From: Candidatus Woesebacteria bacterium
GTDB lineage: Bacteria; Patescibacteriota; Microgenomatia; UBA8517
DNA length: 64,000 nucleotides
Reading direction: 5' to 3'
NCBI GenBank assembly: GCA_013374835.1
Contig: CP055307.1
Location: 660,768 to 724,767 of the forward strand
Position numbers and translations under genes: made by a program. The notes beneath the pieces are model-generated. The model was given only the letters and a program-made list of their open reading frames with translations. It had not been told where the DNA came from and did not search any database. Shown one piece after another: positions 48,268 through 56,780 of this stretch (positions are counted from its first letter, which is position 1; every line of letters starts with the position of its first letter).

Positions 48268-48404
48268 AGAATGGCTTCTTAGCAAAAAGAACTCAAAAAA
48301 GTAAGTTTCAATAAAAAAAATTTGCTATAATTATTAAGTACTTGCGGGTATAGTTGAAAGGTCCAACGACTCCCTTCCAAGGAGTAAATCGGGGTTCGAT
48401 TCCC
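48268..48404 (+). repeat. 137-bp direct repeat, left copy: tRNA-Gly(TCC) upstream region with TGCTATAAT extended -10, plus tRNA 5' portion through the T-loop
   Basis: ~135/137 identical to 51848-51984 (offset exactly 3580 bp). Confidence 0.85.
48344..48404 (+). pseudogene. truncated tRNA-Gly(TCC): 5' end to T-loop only, 3' T-stem and acceptor strand replaced
   Basis: Identical to the intact tRNA-Gly at 51924-51984, then diverges (TCACTGGGTACCATGG) and cannot close the acceptor stem. Confidence 0.75.
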
Positions 48405-48420
48405 TCACTGGGTACCATGG

Positions 48421-48490
48421 CCCGTGCTCAGTGGCTAGAGTGCTTCGTTTATATCGAAGAAGTCGTAGGTTCAAATTTTATCACCTTCAC
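48421..48490 (+). pseudogene. tRNA-like fragment: canonical acceptor 5' strand, D-arm and anticodon arm (loop TTTATAT, anticodon TAT), but no pairing 3' acceptor strand
   Basis: GGCCCGTGCTCAGTGGCTAGAGTGCTTCGTTTATATCGAAG...; the 3' part does not pair with the 5' acceptor strand. Confidence 0.4.
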
Positions 48491-48764
48491 GAAGTAGAAT
48501 GATGTAACCTCTGCACAGAATCCCGTTGAACGGACGAATACACAATGCAGTTTGACTTTTAAAGTATCCTGTAATATACTTTTTTGTACTTATGAGAATT
48601 TCATATGACGACCTATATTTATTGTATGTTGGCTTTTTTGGGATTGTGGTTTTAGCCAATATCGCCGCGATCCTTCTGAATAGACTTGTGGTTTTGTATT
48701 TTAAATTATTTGATCTACTTCTTAGGTTACCCAAAATTACTATAGCTTTATTTAACTTTAACAA

Positions 48765-49400
48765 ATGAAACTAATTAAAAAATTAATTTCTTTATCCCTT
48801 GTTGGAGTAGTGCTAATTTTGTGCTTAATGATAAGCGTGGTTGTATATGCAAATAGCGCTGAAATTTTTTCTAAAAAGGATATAGTATTTGCTAATGCCT
48901 TGACTTCATACCCAGAGTTACCAATTGCAGAAAAACATCTTTTTGTTTTACCCAACAGCGATCCAAATTTATCTGGAAATTTGATTGGCGATTTTGGAAA
49001 ACCAATCTCGCTTAATATTCCCTCAATAAGAAGAAAACTTGAGATAGTACCTGCAATAGTTAGAGAGAACACTCTTCTGGTTAGACCAAATAATGGACAC
49101 TTTTTGGTTCGTTTTGATGAAAAAGCTGTAAAAGACTTTCTAATTTATTTAAATAAATCATGGAGAACATTGCCTTCTCCTGAGGATATAAAAAGGGATA
49201 CAAATTTATATATCGATACGAACAGAAAGTGGAGATATGTATTTAAAATAGAAGAAATTGTCAGCCTTACGGAAGACAGTATTTTTGTGATCCCCGACAA
49301 CAAAACTACAAATTTAATTTTAATAATTAATTATCCTCTTGATAGAAAATTTTTAATCGTTAGAGCGGGATATAGAACCGTTGTACCAATAGAAAAATAA
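48765..49400 (+). CDS. membrane-anchored hypothetical protein (first gene of cassette)
   Basis: 211 aa; N-terminal TM; no catalytic motif recognised. Confidence 0.4.
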   Translation: MKLIKKLISLSLVGVVLILCLMISVVVYANSAEIFSKKDIVFANALTSYPELPIAEKHLFVLPNSDPNLSGNLIGDFGKPISLNIPSIRRKLEIVPAIVRENTLLVRPNNGHFLVRFDEKAVKDFLIYLNKSWRTLPSPEDIKRDTNLYIDTNRKWRYVFKIEEIVSLTEDSIFVIPDNKTTNLILIINYPLDRKFLIVRAGYRTVVPIEK

Positions 49401-49404
49401 TAAA

Positions 49405-50622
49405 ATGGAGTGGTTTATTACACTGAGAAATATAGCATTTTTATTTGCTACATTAATGCTTATAAAGTATTTTGTATTTTTGGTGATTGCTCCTTTTTAT
49501 ACTGTTAAGGAAAAAATTAGGTTTGAACGTATCAAGAGAAGAATGTCAGTTCCGTATAAGCCGTTGGTCTCAATTGTTATTCCTGCGTGGAACGAAGAGA
49601 TTGGGATCAAAAAAAGCATTCTCTCACTTGTTACAAATACTTATAAGAAGATTGAAATAATCGTAATTAATGATGGCTCCACTGATAGGACCGAAGAAGC
49701 TGTTAAAAGTATTAAAGATAGAAGGTTAAGATACTTTAAAAAAGAAAATGGGGGCAAGGGGACTGCTCTTAACTTAGGGGTAAACAAAGCAAAGGGAGAA
49801 ATAATTGTTACAATGGATGCTGATTCTGCTTTTGATAAACAAGCTATAGAAAATCTGATTAAATATTTTAGGGATGACTCAATCATGGCTGTGGTTGGTA
49901 ATGTAAAAATAGCCGGAGGGAAAGGCCTAATTGCCTATATTCAAAAGTTAGAATATAAATTTGGATTCTATTTCAAGAGGGCTCATGCTGTAATGGGAGC
50001 CGAGTACATATTTGGTGGAGCTTGCAGTGCATTTCGGAGAGAAGTTTTTGAGAAATTAGGGGGATTTGATATAGACAATAAAACTGAAGACATAGAGATG
50101 TCGATGAGAATGCGATTCAATGGAATGAAGTGTACGTTTGCATCTGATGTTATCTGTTACACAGAAGGAGCTAGCAGTATTATGGGTCTAGCCAATCAAA
50201 GACTAAGGTGGAAAAAGGGAAGATTTGATACTTTTATAAAATACAGAAGACTATTTATGTCGCTTGACAGACGACATAATAAGTTTTTGAGTTGGTTTGT
50301 TCTTCCTTATGCATTACTATCTGAGCTACAACTTTTATTTGAGCCAATTGCCCTGACCTTGTTACTTGCATACAGTTTTATATCGGGAGACTATTTGTCT
50401 CTGGCTATTGGAAGTTTGTTTATTATGATAATTTATTTTGTTGAATCTTTTTGGGTTGATGGAATTAAACCTTGGTTTTGGTTAACTTTCTTTTTTACAT
50501 GGCCGCTTTTTTATTTTTTGGTATGGATTGAATATTTAGCTTTAATAAAAGGATTTTTTATGATATTAAGGGGGGACGATATAAAATGGCAAAGATGGAA
50601 TAGAGTAGGAGTATCAATATGA
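49405..50622 (+). CDS. processive family-2 glycosyltransferase (PgaC/IcaA/NodC/cellulose-synthase-like beta-glycan synthase)
   Basis: N-terminal TM; GT-A motifs VSIVIPAWNEE, DGSTDRT, TMDADS; QRLRWKKG (QxxRW processivity motif); C-terminal TM helices; 405 aa. Confidence 0.75.
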   Translation: MEWFITLRNIAFLFATLMLIKYFVFLVIAPFYTVKEKIRFERIKRRMSVPYKPLVSIVIPAWNEEIGIKKSILSLVTNTYKKIEIIVINDGSTDRTEEAVKSIKDRRLRYFKKENGGKGTALNLGVNKAKGEIIVTMDADSAFDKQAIENLIKYFRDDSIMAVVGNVKIAGGKGLIAYIQKLEYKFGFYFKRAHAVMGAEYIFGGACSAFRREVFEKLGGFDIDNKTEDIEMSMRMRFNGMKCTFASDVICYTEGASSIMGLANQRLRWKKGRFDTFIKYRRLFMSLDRRHNKFLSWFVLPYALLSELQLLFEPIALTLLLAYSFISGDYLSLAIGSLFIMIIYFVESFWVDGIKPWFWLTFFFTWPLFYFLVWIEYLALIKGFFMILRGDDIKWQRWNRVGVSI

Positions 50623-51821
50623 AAAAAATATCTATAATTATTATTACTATTGTTCTACTTTTGATGTGTCTGGCTACTGTTGATGTTACCTATAATGCAT
50701 TAACTGGGGATAGTTTATATCTTAAGTTAAAAAGCAGGATCGATGAGCCGAGGGAAATCGAAAGAATTGGCAATTTTATAATTGGAGATAAGTGTAGCAA
50801 TGAAAAGGCTATTGAATTTCCAAAAGACTTAGCTGAGCCGCATCTTAAGAAACTTAGTCAATATCAAGATATTTGTGGTTCAAAAGTAACAAACTCCATG
50901 ATGGTTTTTACTGACATGCCAAAGGACGCTATTATTGCTCGGGAAAATGCCAAGAAACTTGCAGAAACTTTAAAACAATTTAACAAGTATGGGATAAAAC
51001 CGACTGTGATTGTTGAACCTATTTCTGAATGGGGTTTAATTGATTTTCAAGAATTTGGAACAGGTTTTTATGATAACTGGATTTTCACCTATTTTAATGA
51101 ACTCAAAAGACAGGGGGTAACTGATGAGATGATGGGGACTTGGGTTCCATTTCCAGAAGCAAATTTACCTTATTGGAATCACGCAAATGCGCAACCTGCT
51201 GACTTTGCTGGAATTGTTAATAGATATCTAAAAATTTTAAAGCAGCAGTTTCCTGCTGCAGAAGGTAGCATACTACTTAACTCTGCTACCTATGAAACTG
51301 ACGACTTTGAATGGACAAACGGAGAATATGTAAGCCTGAGACAGTATGTTGTTGGACTTGATAAAAATTTAATAGATTCTGTTGGGCTTCAAGGATTTCC
51401 TTGGGTTTCCCCCAAAGAGGCTACAAGTAATGCTGTGTTTAACCCAAGCGAATTTTTGAACCACTCATTGATAGCTGAAGCAGCTGACATTCTTGGGGTT
51501 AAAGACATTTGGCTTAATACTGGAACCTTTGGGGCTAAATATACTATTGATCCAGAAAATACGGTATATATATCAGCTGATAAACGAAAGGATTTACTTA
51601 ATGGGATATTGTCGGAGGCATTTAATTTAAAAAACCTTGGATATAATGTAACTATCAATATTTTCGCTCAAGACAAGTCTCTTCTTCCTGAAGCAACAGA
51701 CTGGAGTTATTTGCCTAATAGTTTTTCAAGAGATGAGCAAGCCCAAGTTGTCTTTGTTGAATTCGCTTCAAAAGCAAATAACAACAAGATAGGCTTATCA
51801 TTGTTTGATAGACAAGAGTAG
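50619..51821 (+). CDS. secreted/membrane-anchored hypothetical protein, possible polysaccharide hydrolase/modifying partner of the GT2 synthase
   Basis: 400 aa; N-terminal signal/TM; translationally coupled (4-nt overlap) to the GT2 gene; no motif recognised with confidence. Confidence 0.35.
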   Translation: MKKISIIIITIVLLLMCLATVDVTYNALTGDSLYLKLKSRIDEPREIERIGNFIIGDKCSNEKAIEFPKDLAEPHLKKLSQYQDICGSKVTNSMMVFTDMPKDAIIARENAKKLAETLKQFNKYGIKPTVIVEPISEWGLIDFQEFGTGFYDNWIFTYFNELKRQGVTDEMMGTWVPFPEANLPYWNHANAQPADFAGIVNRYLKILKQQFPAAEGSILLNSATYETDDFEWTNGEYVSLRQYVVGLDKNLIDSVGLQGFPWVSPKEATSNAVFNPSEFLNHSLIAEAADILGVKDIWLNTGTFGAKYTIDPENTVYISADKRKDLLNGILSEAFNLKNLGYNVTINIFAQDKSLLPEATDWSYLPNSFSRDEQAQVVFVEFASKANNNKIGLSLFDRQE

Positions 51822-51847
51822 GTGTTTAAGAGCATGAGCTTCGTGTA

Positions 51848-51984
51848 AGAATGGCTTCTTAGCAAAAAGAACTCAAAAAAATAAGTTTCAATAAAGAAAA
51901 TTTGCTATAATTATTAAGTACTTGCGGGTATAGTTGAAAGGTCCAACGACTCCCTTCCAAGGAGTAAATCGGGGTTCGATTCCC
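51848..51984 (+). repeat. 137-bp direct repeat, right copy (leads into the intact tRNA-Gly)
   Basis: See left copy. Confidence 0.85.
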
Positions 51985-51993
51985 CGTACCCGC
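51924..51993 (+). tRNA. tRNA-Gly (anticodon TCC), intact
   Basis: GCGGGTATAGTTGAAAGGTCCAACGACTCCCTTCCAAGGAGTAAATCGGGGTTCGATTCCCCGTACCCGCT; all stems close. Confidence 0.85.
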
Positions 51994-52102
51994 TCCCAAA
52001 GTGGAAATCTATCTATAAATTGTTAGCCTAGCTAGATAGTATTGAAAAATCGCTCAAAGATAAATTTTCAAAAAATGGTGTTATGATGATAAAAAAGAGT
52101 TT

Positions 52103-54376
52103 TTGTGTTTGATGGGAAAAATAACCCTTAAAATTTTATTTGTTTCTCTCTTAATTTCCTCTTGGCTTTTTGCTGGATGGCCGAGAATTTGGCAAAAGCC
52201 ACCAATTCCACCGGCTATTCGTAAAGCTAAGGCAGCGCAGGTAACGATTGATAATTCGATACACACCACTTCTACAAGTCACCTCGATAGTTCACCATCT
52301 ACAGTGTTTATTTCAGAAACTAATGGTTATACTTTTTATCGCGATAGCGGAGGTCAATGTGTTTACAGCAAAACCACAAATGGCGGGACAAGCTGGGGAA
52401 CAGCAGTGACTGTTGATTCTCAGACTGACTGTTTGCAAATTGCTGTCTGGTATGATCGCTGGACACCGGGGGATAATACTGGAACGTTAATCCATTTTGT
52501 GACTTTTGATTCTGGTGATGATGATATTTGGTATGGCTATTTAGATATCTCAAACAATGACTCACTTGCAACTCCAATTAATATCACATCTGGATTAGGT
52601 TATTCGGGCACTCTAGCTGTTGGCACAAACCACACTACCATCACCAAAGGCACGGACGGCGTGCTCTATGCGGCTGTGTCGGATGCTAATGGTACGGGCA
52701 ATATAATGGCCCGTTGTAGCTCAACCTGCACCACAGCAACCAACTGGGCAGTGTCTCAACCAGCATCATGGACTGCTGGTAATGACTATTTAATCTTGGT
52801 ACCTATGCTCTCTGACAAAATAATGCTTCTCTGGTGGGATATTTCATTAGGATCAAATGATATTAAATATTCTATCTGGGATGGTTCTTCTTGGTCGACT
52901 TTTGCTGCCATTGATACAGCTTTAGATAATGCTATTTATGACGCATCATGGGGTGCTGCGATTGACCCATCAACTGGAGATGTGTATTTGGCTTACGCTG
53001 CAAACGCGACTACTTTAGGAACGGACGACAGTATTCGGGTAAAAAAATACACGAGTAGCTGGTCATCCTTGACCGATGTAGTAACCAATAGCGCCTGTGC
53101 CGGCGTTTCAAACTGCGGCATTACCGGAGTTAAAATAGCGATGGACACGACGAGCGGCGACTTGTATGTCCTTTATTCGGCACAGTCAACTCCTGGCACC
53201 GCCACAACTGCTAATGTCTATTTCAAAAAATCAACCGACGGCGGCTCAACCTGGAGTTCAGAATTGGGTCCGGTCTATTCCACAAACGACGATATTTACG
53301 GCGCGCGCTTGAGCTTGTCCGATTCCGCGGGCATCCAGAGAATTTACGCTACTTGGTACGCGGCAACACCGGACGATTTATTCGGCCGGCCGATTGCGCC
53401 CTTAACGTTCAACCAATCTGCGTATCGGTTTTTTAATAATTCAGACTCAACTGATGTTGGTACACCTTTGGCGGTACAGAACACAGAGGCAACTTTGGGC
53501 TCGACCAACGCGGCGTTTCGCTTGAGGATTCTCTTGCATGTCGGAGTTTCTGACTTGTTTACGAGTGAACAGAGTTTCAAACTCCAATTTGCTCAACAAT
53601 CGGGAACGTGCGACACCGGATTTTCCGGAGAGACCTACGCTGATGTTACGACCTCAACCGTGATTGCCTACAACGACAACGCCACGCCTGATGACGGCGA
53701 CAACTTGACTACGAACACCAACGACCCGACACACGACGTTGATACCATTGTCAATCAAACTTACGAAGAATTAAATAATTTTACCAACTCCGTGGCGGCT
53801 ATTAACTCGGGTCAGGACGGCAAATGGGATTTTTCTCTCAAAGACAATAACGCTCCAGCCGAAACCACTTATTGTTTGCGGGTGGTCAAATCCGACGGCA
53901 CGGTTCTGGATACTTACACCGTAATTCCGCAAGTTACCACCGCTAGTTCGGCAACAATTTCTGTTTCTGTTTCCGATGGAAACGTTGCTTATGGGATTAT
54001 TCCTAAGGACACCTCAAAAACTACTCTTGCTTCTGATATGCCACCTTCAGGGGATATGCAAACGGTTAGTTATGATACCAATGTAACGGTTAATATCAAC
54101 ATTAAGGGTAGCGACGCTTCGGGTGGGGGTTGTACTTGGGTATTGGCGGGTACCAATGGTAACGATCAATATGTTCATCAATTTTGCAACGCCACCGATA
54201 ATAATTGTTCAAGTCCGCCAACAAATTATACCGCTTTAACAAGCGGTTATCAGACATTAAAAAGCGGAGTTTCTGGTCAGGGAACAGTGGATTTCCATTT
54301 GCGAATAACTATGCCCACCGAATCAAGTTGTTATGGCGAACAATCAATTAATGTGACTATTCAAGCAGCTCAATAA
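52103..54376 (+). CDS. large secreted BNR/Asp-box repeat (sialidase-like beta-propeller) protein with a C-terminal WxL-like domain
   Basis: N-terminal signal/TM; multiple SxDxGxTW Asp-box motifs (TTNGGTSWG, STDGGSTWS); C-terminal ~150 aa homologous to ORF 55580-56125; 757 aa; middle third markedly GC-rich. Confidence 0.6.
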   Translation: MCLMGKITLKILFVSLLISSWLFAGWPRIWQKPPIPPAIRKAKAAQVTIDNSIHTTSTSHLDSSPSTVFISETNGYTFYRDSGGQCVYSKTTNGGTSWGTAVTVDSQTDCLQIAVWYDRWTPGDNTGTLIHFVTFDSGDDDIWYGYLDISNNDSLATPINITSGLGYSGTLAVGTNHTTITKGTDGVLYAAVSDANGTGNIMARCSSTCTTATNWAVSQPASWTAGNDYLILVPMLSDKIMLLWWDISLGSNDIKYSIWDGSSWSTFAAIDTALDNAIYDASWGAAIDPSTGDVYLAYAANATTLGTDDSIRVKKYTSSWSSLTDVVTNSACAGVSNCGITGVKIAMDTTSGDLYVLYSAQSTPGTATTANVYFKKSTDGGSTWSSELGPVYSTNDDIYGARLSLSDSAGIQRIYATWYAATPDDLFGRPIAPLTFNQSAYRFFNNSDSTDVGTPLAVQNTEATLGSTNAAFRLRILLHVGVSDLFTSEQSFKLQFAQQSGTCDTGFSGETYADVTTSTVIAYNDNATPDDGDNLTTNTNDPTHDVDTIVNQTYEELNNFTNSVAAINSGQDGKWDFSLKDNNAPAETTYCLRVVKSDGTVLDTYTVIPQVTTASSATISVSVSDGNVAYGIIPKDTSKTTLASDMPPSGDMQTVSYDTNVTVNINIKGSDASGGGCTWVLAGTNGNDQYVHQFCNATDNNCSSPPTNYTALTSGYQTLKSGVSGQGTVDFHLRITMPTESSCYGEQSINVTIQAAQ

Positions 54377-54389
54377 ATTTTTTATGACT

Positions 54390-55504
54390 TGACATGCACA
54401 GGATCAGATACATATTCGACATTGAGTAAGCATGGCAAGATCCACTGGGGTAAGCATGAAATCTGAGTTTGTAATGGGTAAAATCAAGAATTCCAAGGAG
54501 GTGATGAACTTGATTTCCCATCTGAGAAGATTTGATCAAAGTGAGGTGGCCCAGGAAAGACTAAGAATAATTAAGTATTATGCCAAACATGGAGAGGTTG
54601 CCACAAAAGAGGCCTTTGGAGTAGATCGCAAGCTTATCTTCACCTGGAAGAAAAGAGTACTAGAGAGAAAGAGTATCCAGGGGTTAGTTCCAGACTCCAC
54701 AGCTCCAAGGGGGGTAAGAAGGTCAGTAGTGGATCCTAAAATTGTTGATTATATTAAATCCCAAAGAGAGTTTGTCCCCAGAATGAGCAAGAAGAAGCTT
54801 AAACCCTTACTTGATGCATACTGCAGAGAAAATAATCTCCTAACAGTATCAGAGGCTACCATTGGGAGGATTATCTCAAGAAACAATCTATTTTATTACA
54901 AAACAGGCAGAGTATACCACAATCCAGCCTCTAAATGGGCTCAAAACAAGACTAAGAGCAAGAAGAACAGAATTAAATATGCACCCAAACCAGAAACTCT
55001 GGGATACATCCAAGCTGATACTGTGGAGAAAATCATTGATGGCATTAGGTGGTATATGTACCAGGCAATTGATGTGAAGGGAAAGTCTGCCCTTTCCCTG
55101 ACCTACAAACACTTAAATTCAGTTAACACTGTGGACTTCTTCAAGAAATTCCAAACACTTATTCCCTACAAAATCCACACAGTCCAGACTGACAATGGTA
55201 AAGAGTTTCTCAAACAATTCAGGGTTTACCTAGAAAAACAAAACATCAAACACATTTTTATATACCCCAGAATGTCCAAGATCCAGGGGGTGGTAGAGCG
55301 CTTCAACAGGACCATCCAGGAAGATTTTATTGACCCCAACCTCCACCTTATCTACAACCAGAAAGCTTACAATCAACGTCTTGCAAAGTACCTGATATAC
55401 TACAACTGCCAGAGAGTACATGAATCCCTAGGTAATATGACACCAACAGACTATCTCATCCAGGAAGGAGGTATGTCGAATATGTTACGATCCTGTACAT
55501 GACA
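54390..55504 (+). mobile_element. insertion sequence (~1.1 kb) with single DDE transposase and 32-33-bp imperfect terminal inverted repeats; IS481/IS30-like
   Basis: IRL TGACATGCACAGGATCAGATACATATTCGACAT (54390-54422) vs reverse complement of IRR TGTCATGTACAGGATCGTAACATATTCGACAT (55473-55504), ~28/33 matches; possible 4-bp ATGA flanking duplication. Confidence 0.75.
54432..55502 (+). CDS. DDE transposase (rve/integrase-core with N-terminal HTH)
   Basis: D (YIQADTVEK), D (VQTDNGKEF), E (ERFNRTIQEDF) triad; C-terminal YNCQRVHESLGNMTP; 356 aa. Confidence 0.8.
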   Translation: MARSTGVSMKSEFVMGKIKNSKEVMNLISHLRRFDQSEVAQERLRIIKYYAKHGEVATKEAFGVDRKLIFTWKKRVLERKSIQGLVPDSTAPRGVRRSVVDPKIVDYIKSQREFVPRMSKKKLKPLLDAYCRENNLLTVSEATIGRIISRNNLFYYKTGRVYHNPASKWAQNKTKSKKNRIKYAPKPETLGYIQADTVEKIIDGIRWYMYQAIDVKGKSALSLTYKHLNSVNTVDFFKKFQTLIPYKIHTVQTDNGKEFLKQFRVYLEKQNIKHIFIYPRMSKIQGVVERFNRTIQEDFIDPNLHLIYNQKAYNQRLAKYLIYYNCQRVHESLGNMTPTDYLIQEGGMSNMLRSCT

Positions 55505-55579
55505 ATGAAAAAAATATTTTAGTAAAGTTAAAAATAGCTAATATGAATAAAAATATGGATACCAAGGAAGCAAAATATT

Positions 55580-56125
55580 TTGAGAGGGGGTGAAGATGTG
55601 TTTAAAAGAATTTTAATATCTTTTGCTTTGATGATTCTTTTGGGTGGTAATTTTTGGTTTGAAGTAATGGCAGCTGACACCGGCGATGTGACGGCAACGG
55701 TAACAGTACAAAATGTAGCAATTACAGTTTCCGACGGTGCCATTGCCTATGGCACTTTAGCTGCTGGAGGAACCAGAAGTACATTACCAAGCGAGGCTAA
55801 TGACATGCAAGTTGCCACCAATACCGGTAATGTTCAAGAGGATTTTAACATTAAAGGATATAACGTTTCTTCTGGCTGTAGTTGGACACTTGGCGCAACC
55901 CAAGACTCTGAACAGTATTTTCATAAATTTTGTAATGATACGGCCAATGATTGTTCAACACCACCAACTAATTATAATGCCTTAACTACAAATTACCAAA
56001 CTCTAAGTTCAGCTGTACCGACTAGTGGTGCTAGAGATTTTCAATTACAGATTGGTGTTCCATCTTCAACTTCTTGTACATCTGAAGCAACCATAACAGT
56101 TACAGTTCAAGCTGTTGCTAGTTAA
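55580..56125 (+). CDS. secreted protein consisting of a WxL-like beta-sandwich domain (paralog of the BNR protein C-terminus)
   Basis: Signal peptide; ~40% identity to 54000-54376 translation (VSDG.IAYG ... NIKG...GCSWTL ... DQY.H.FCN.T.N.CS.PPTNY.ALT..YQTL); 181 aa. Confidence 0.5.
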   Translation: MRGGEDVFKRILISFALMILLGGNFWFEVMAADTGDVTATVTVQNVAITVSDGAIAYGTLAAGGTRSTLPSEANDMQVATNTGNVQEDFNIKGYNVSSGCSWTLGATQDSEQYFHKFCNDTANDCSTPPTNYNALTTNYQTLSSAVPTSGARDFQLQIGVPSSTSCTSEATITVTVQAVAS

Positions 56126-56165
56126 GATTATTGCCAAGATTTTATATGAGTGATAGAGTTTTATT

Positions 56166-56780
56166 ATGAGAAAGACTTTATTTTTTGTGATTTTTTTAAC
56201 TTTTTTCGTTTTTCCACTTCCGGTTTTTTCCAATCTTGGAGTAGGTGTTGCTACCGGAAAAATTGTGGTTGAAGACAAACTCAGACCAGGGATGATTTAT
56301 AATCTTCCTCCGTTGACAGTATTAAACACAGGCGACGAGGAAGCAGAATATGAGGCGGGTGTGGCTTATCACGAGAAGCAATCAGAACTTCAGCCGAATG
56401 AAAAATGGTTTGATTTTTCTCCAAAAAAATTCTTTCTTAAACCAGGTGAAAGTCAGAAAGTAGAAATCAAATTAAATTTACCAGTTAGAGCTGAACCCGG
56501 CGATTATTTCGCTTATTTGGAGGGTAAACCATTGAAAAAATCAGAATCAGGTAAATCAACAATAGGAATAGCTGCAGCGGCTAAGCTTTACTTTACTGTT
56601 TTACCGGCTAACCCAATTTTGGGAGCTTATTATAAAGCAGTGTCTCTTTGGAAAATTAACCAGCCCTGGTCCGCACGTTTTGCGATAATTATCGGAGTAG
56701 CTATTCTTTATTCCTTACTAAATAGATTCTTAGGATTTCAAATCAGCTTTGGCAAAAAAAAAGAAAAAAAGAATGAATGA
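56166..56780 (+). CDS. cell-surface protein with N-terminal signal peptide, Ig/PapD-like middle and C-terminal TM anchor with basic tail (CscA/DUF916-like architecture)
   Basis: 204 aa; signal; C-terminal TM IIIGVAILYSLL followed by KKKEKKNE. Confidence 0.35.
   Translation: MRKTLFFVIFLTFFVFPLPVFSNLGVGVATGKIVVEDKLRPGMIYNLPPLTVLNTGDEEAEYEAGVAYHEKQSELQPNEKWFDFSPKKFFLKPGESQKVEIKLNLPVRAEPGDYFAYLEGKPLKKSESGKSTIGIAAAAKLYFTVLPANPILGAYYKAVSLWKINQPWSARFAIIIGVAILYSLLNRFLGFQISFGKKKEKKNE

Noticed and set aside
48471-48764. 97-aa minus-strand ORF overlapping the tRNA-like fragment
   Set aside because: It overlaps the tRNA-like fragment, has low-complexity composition, and no supporting context. Likely spurious.
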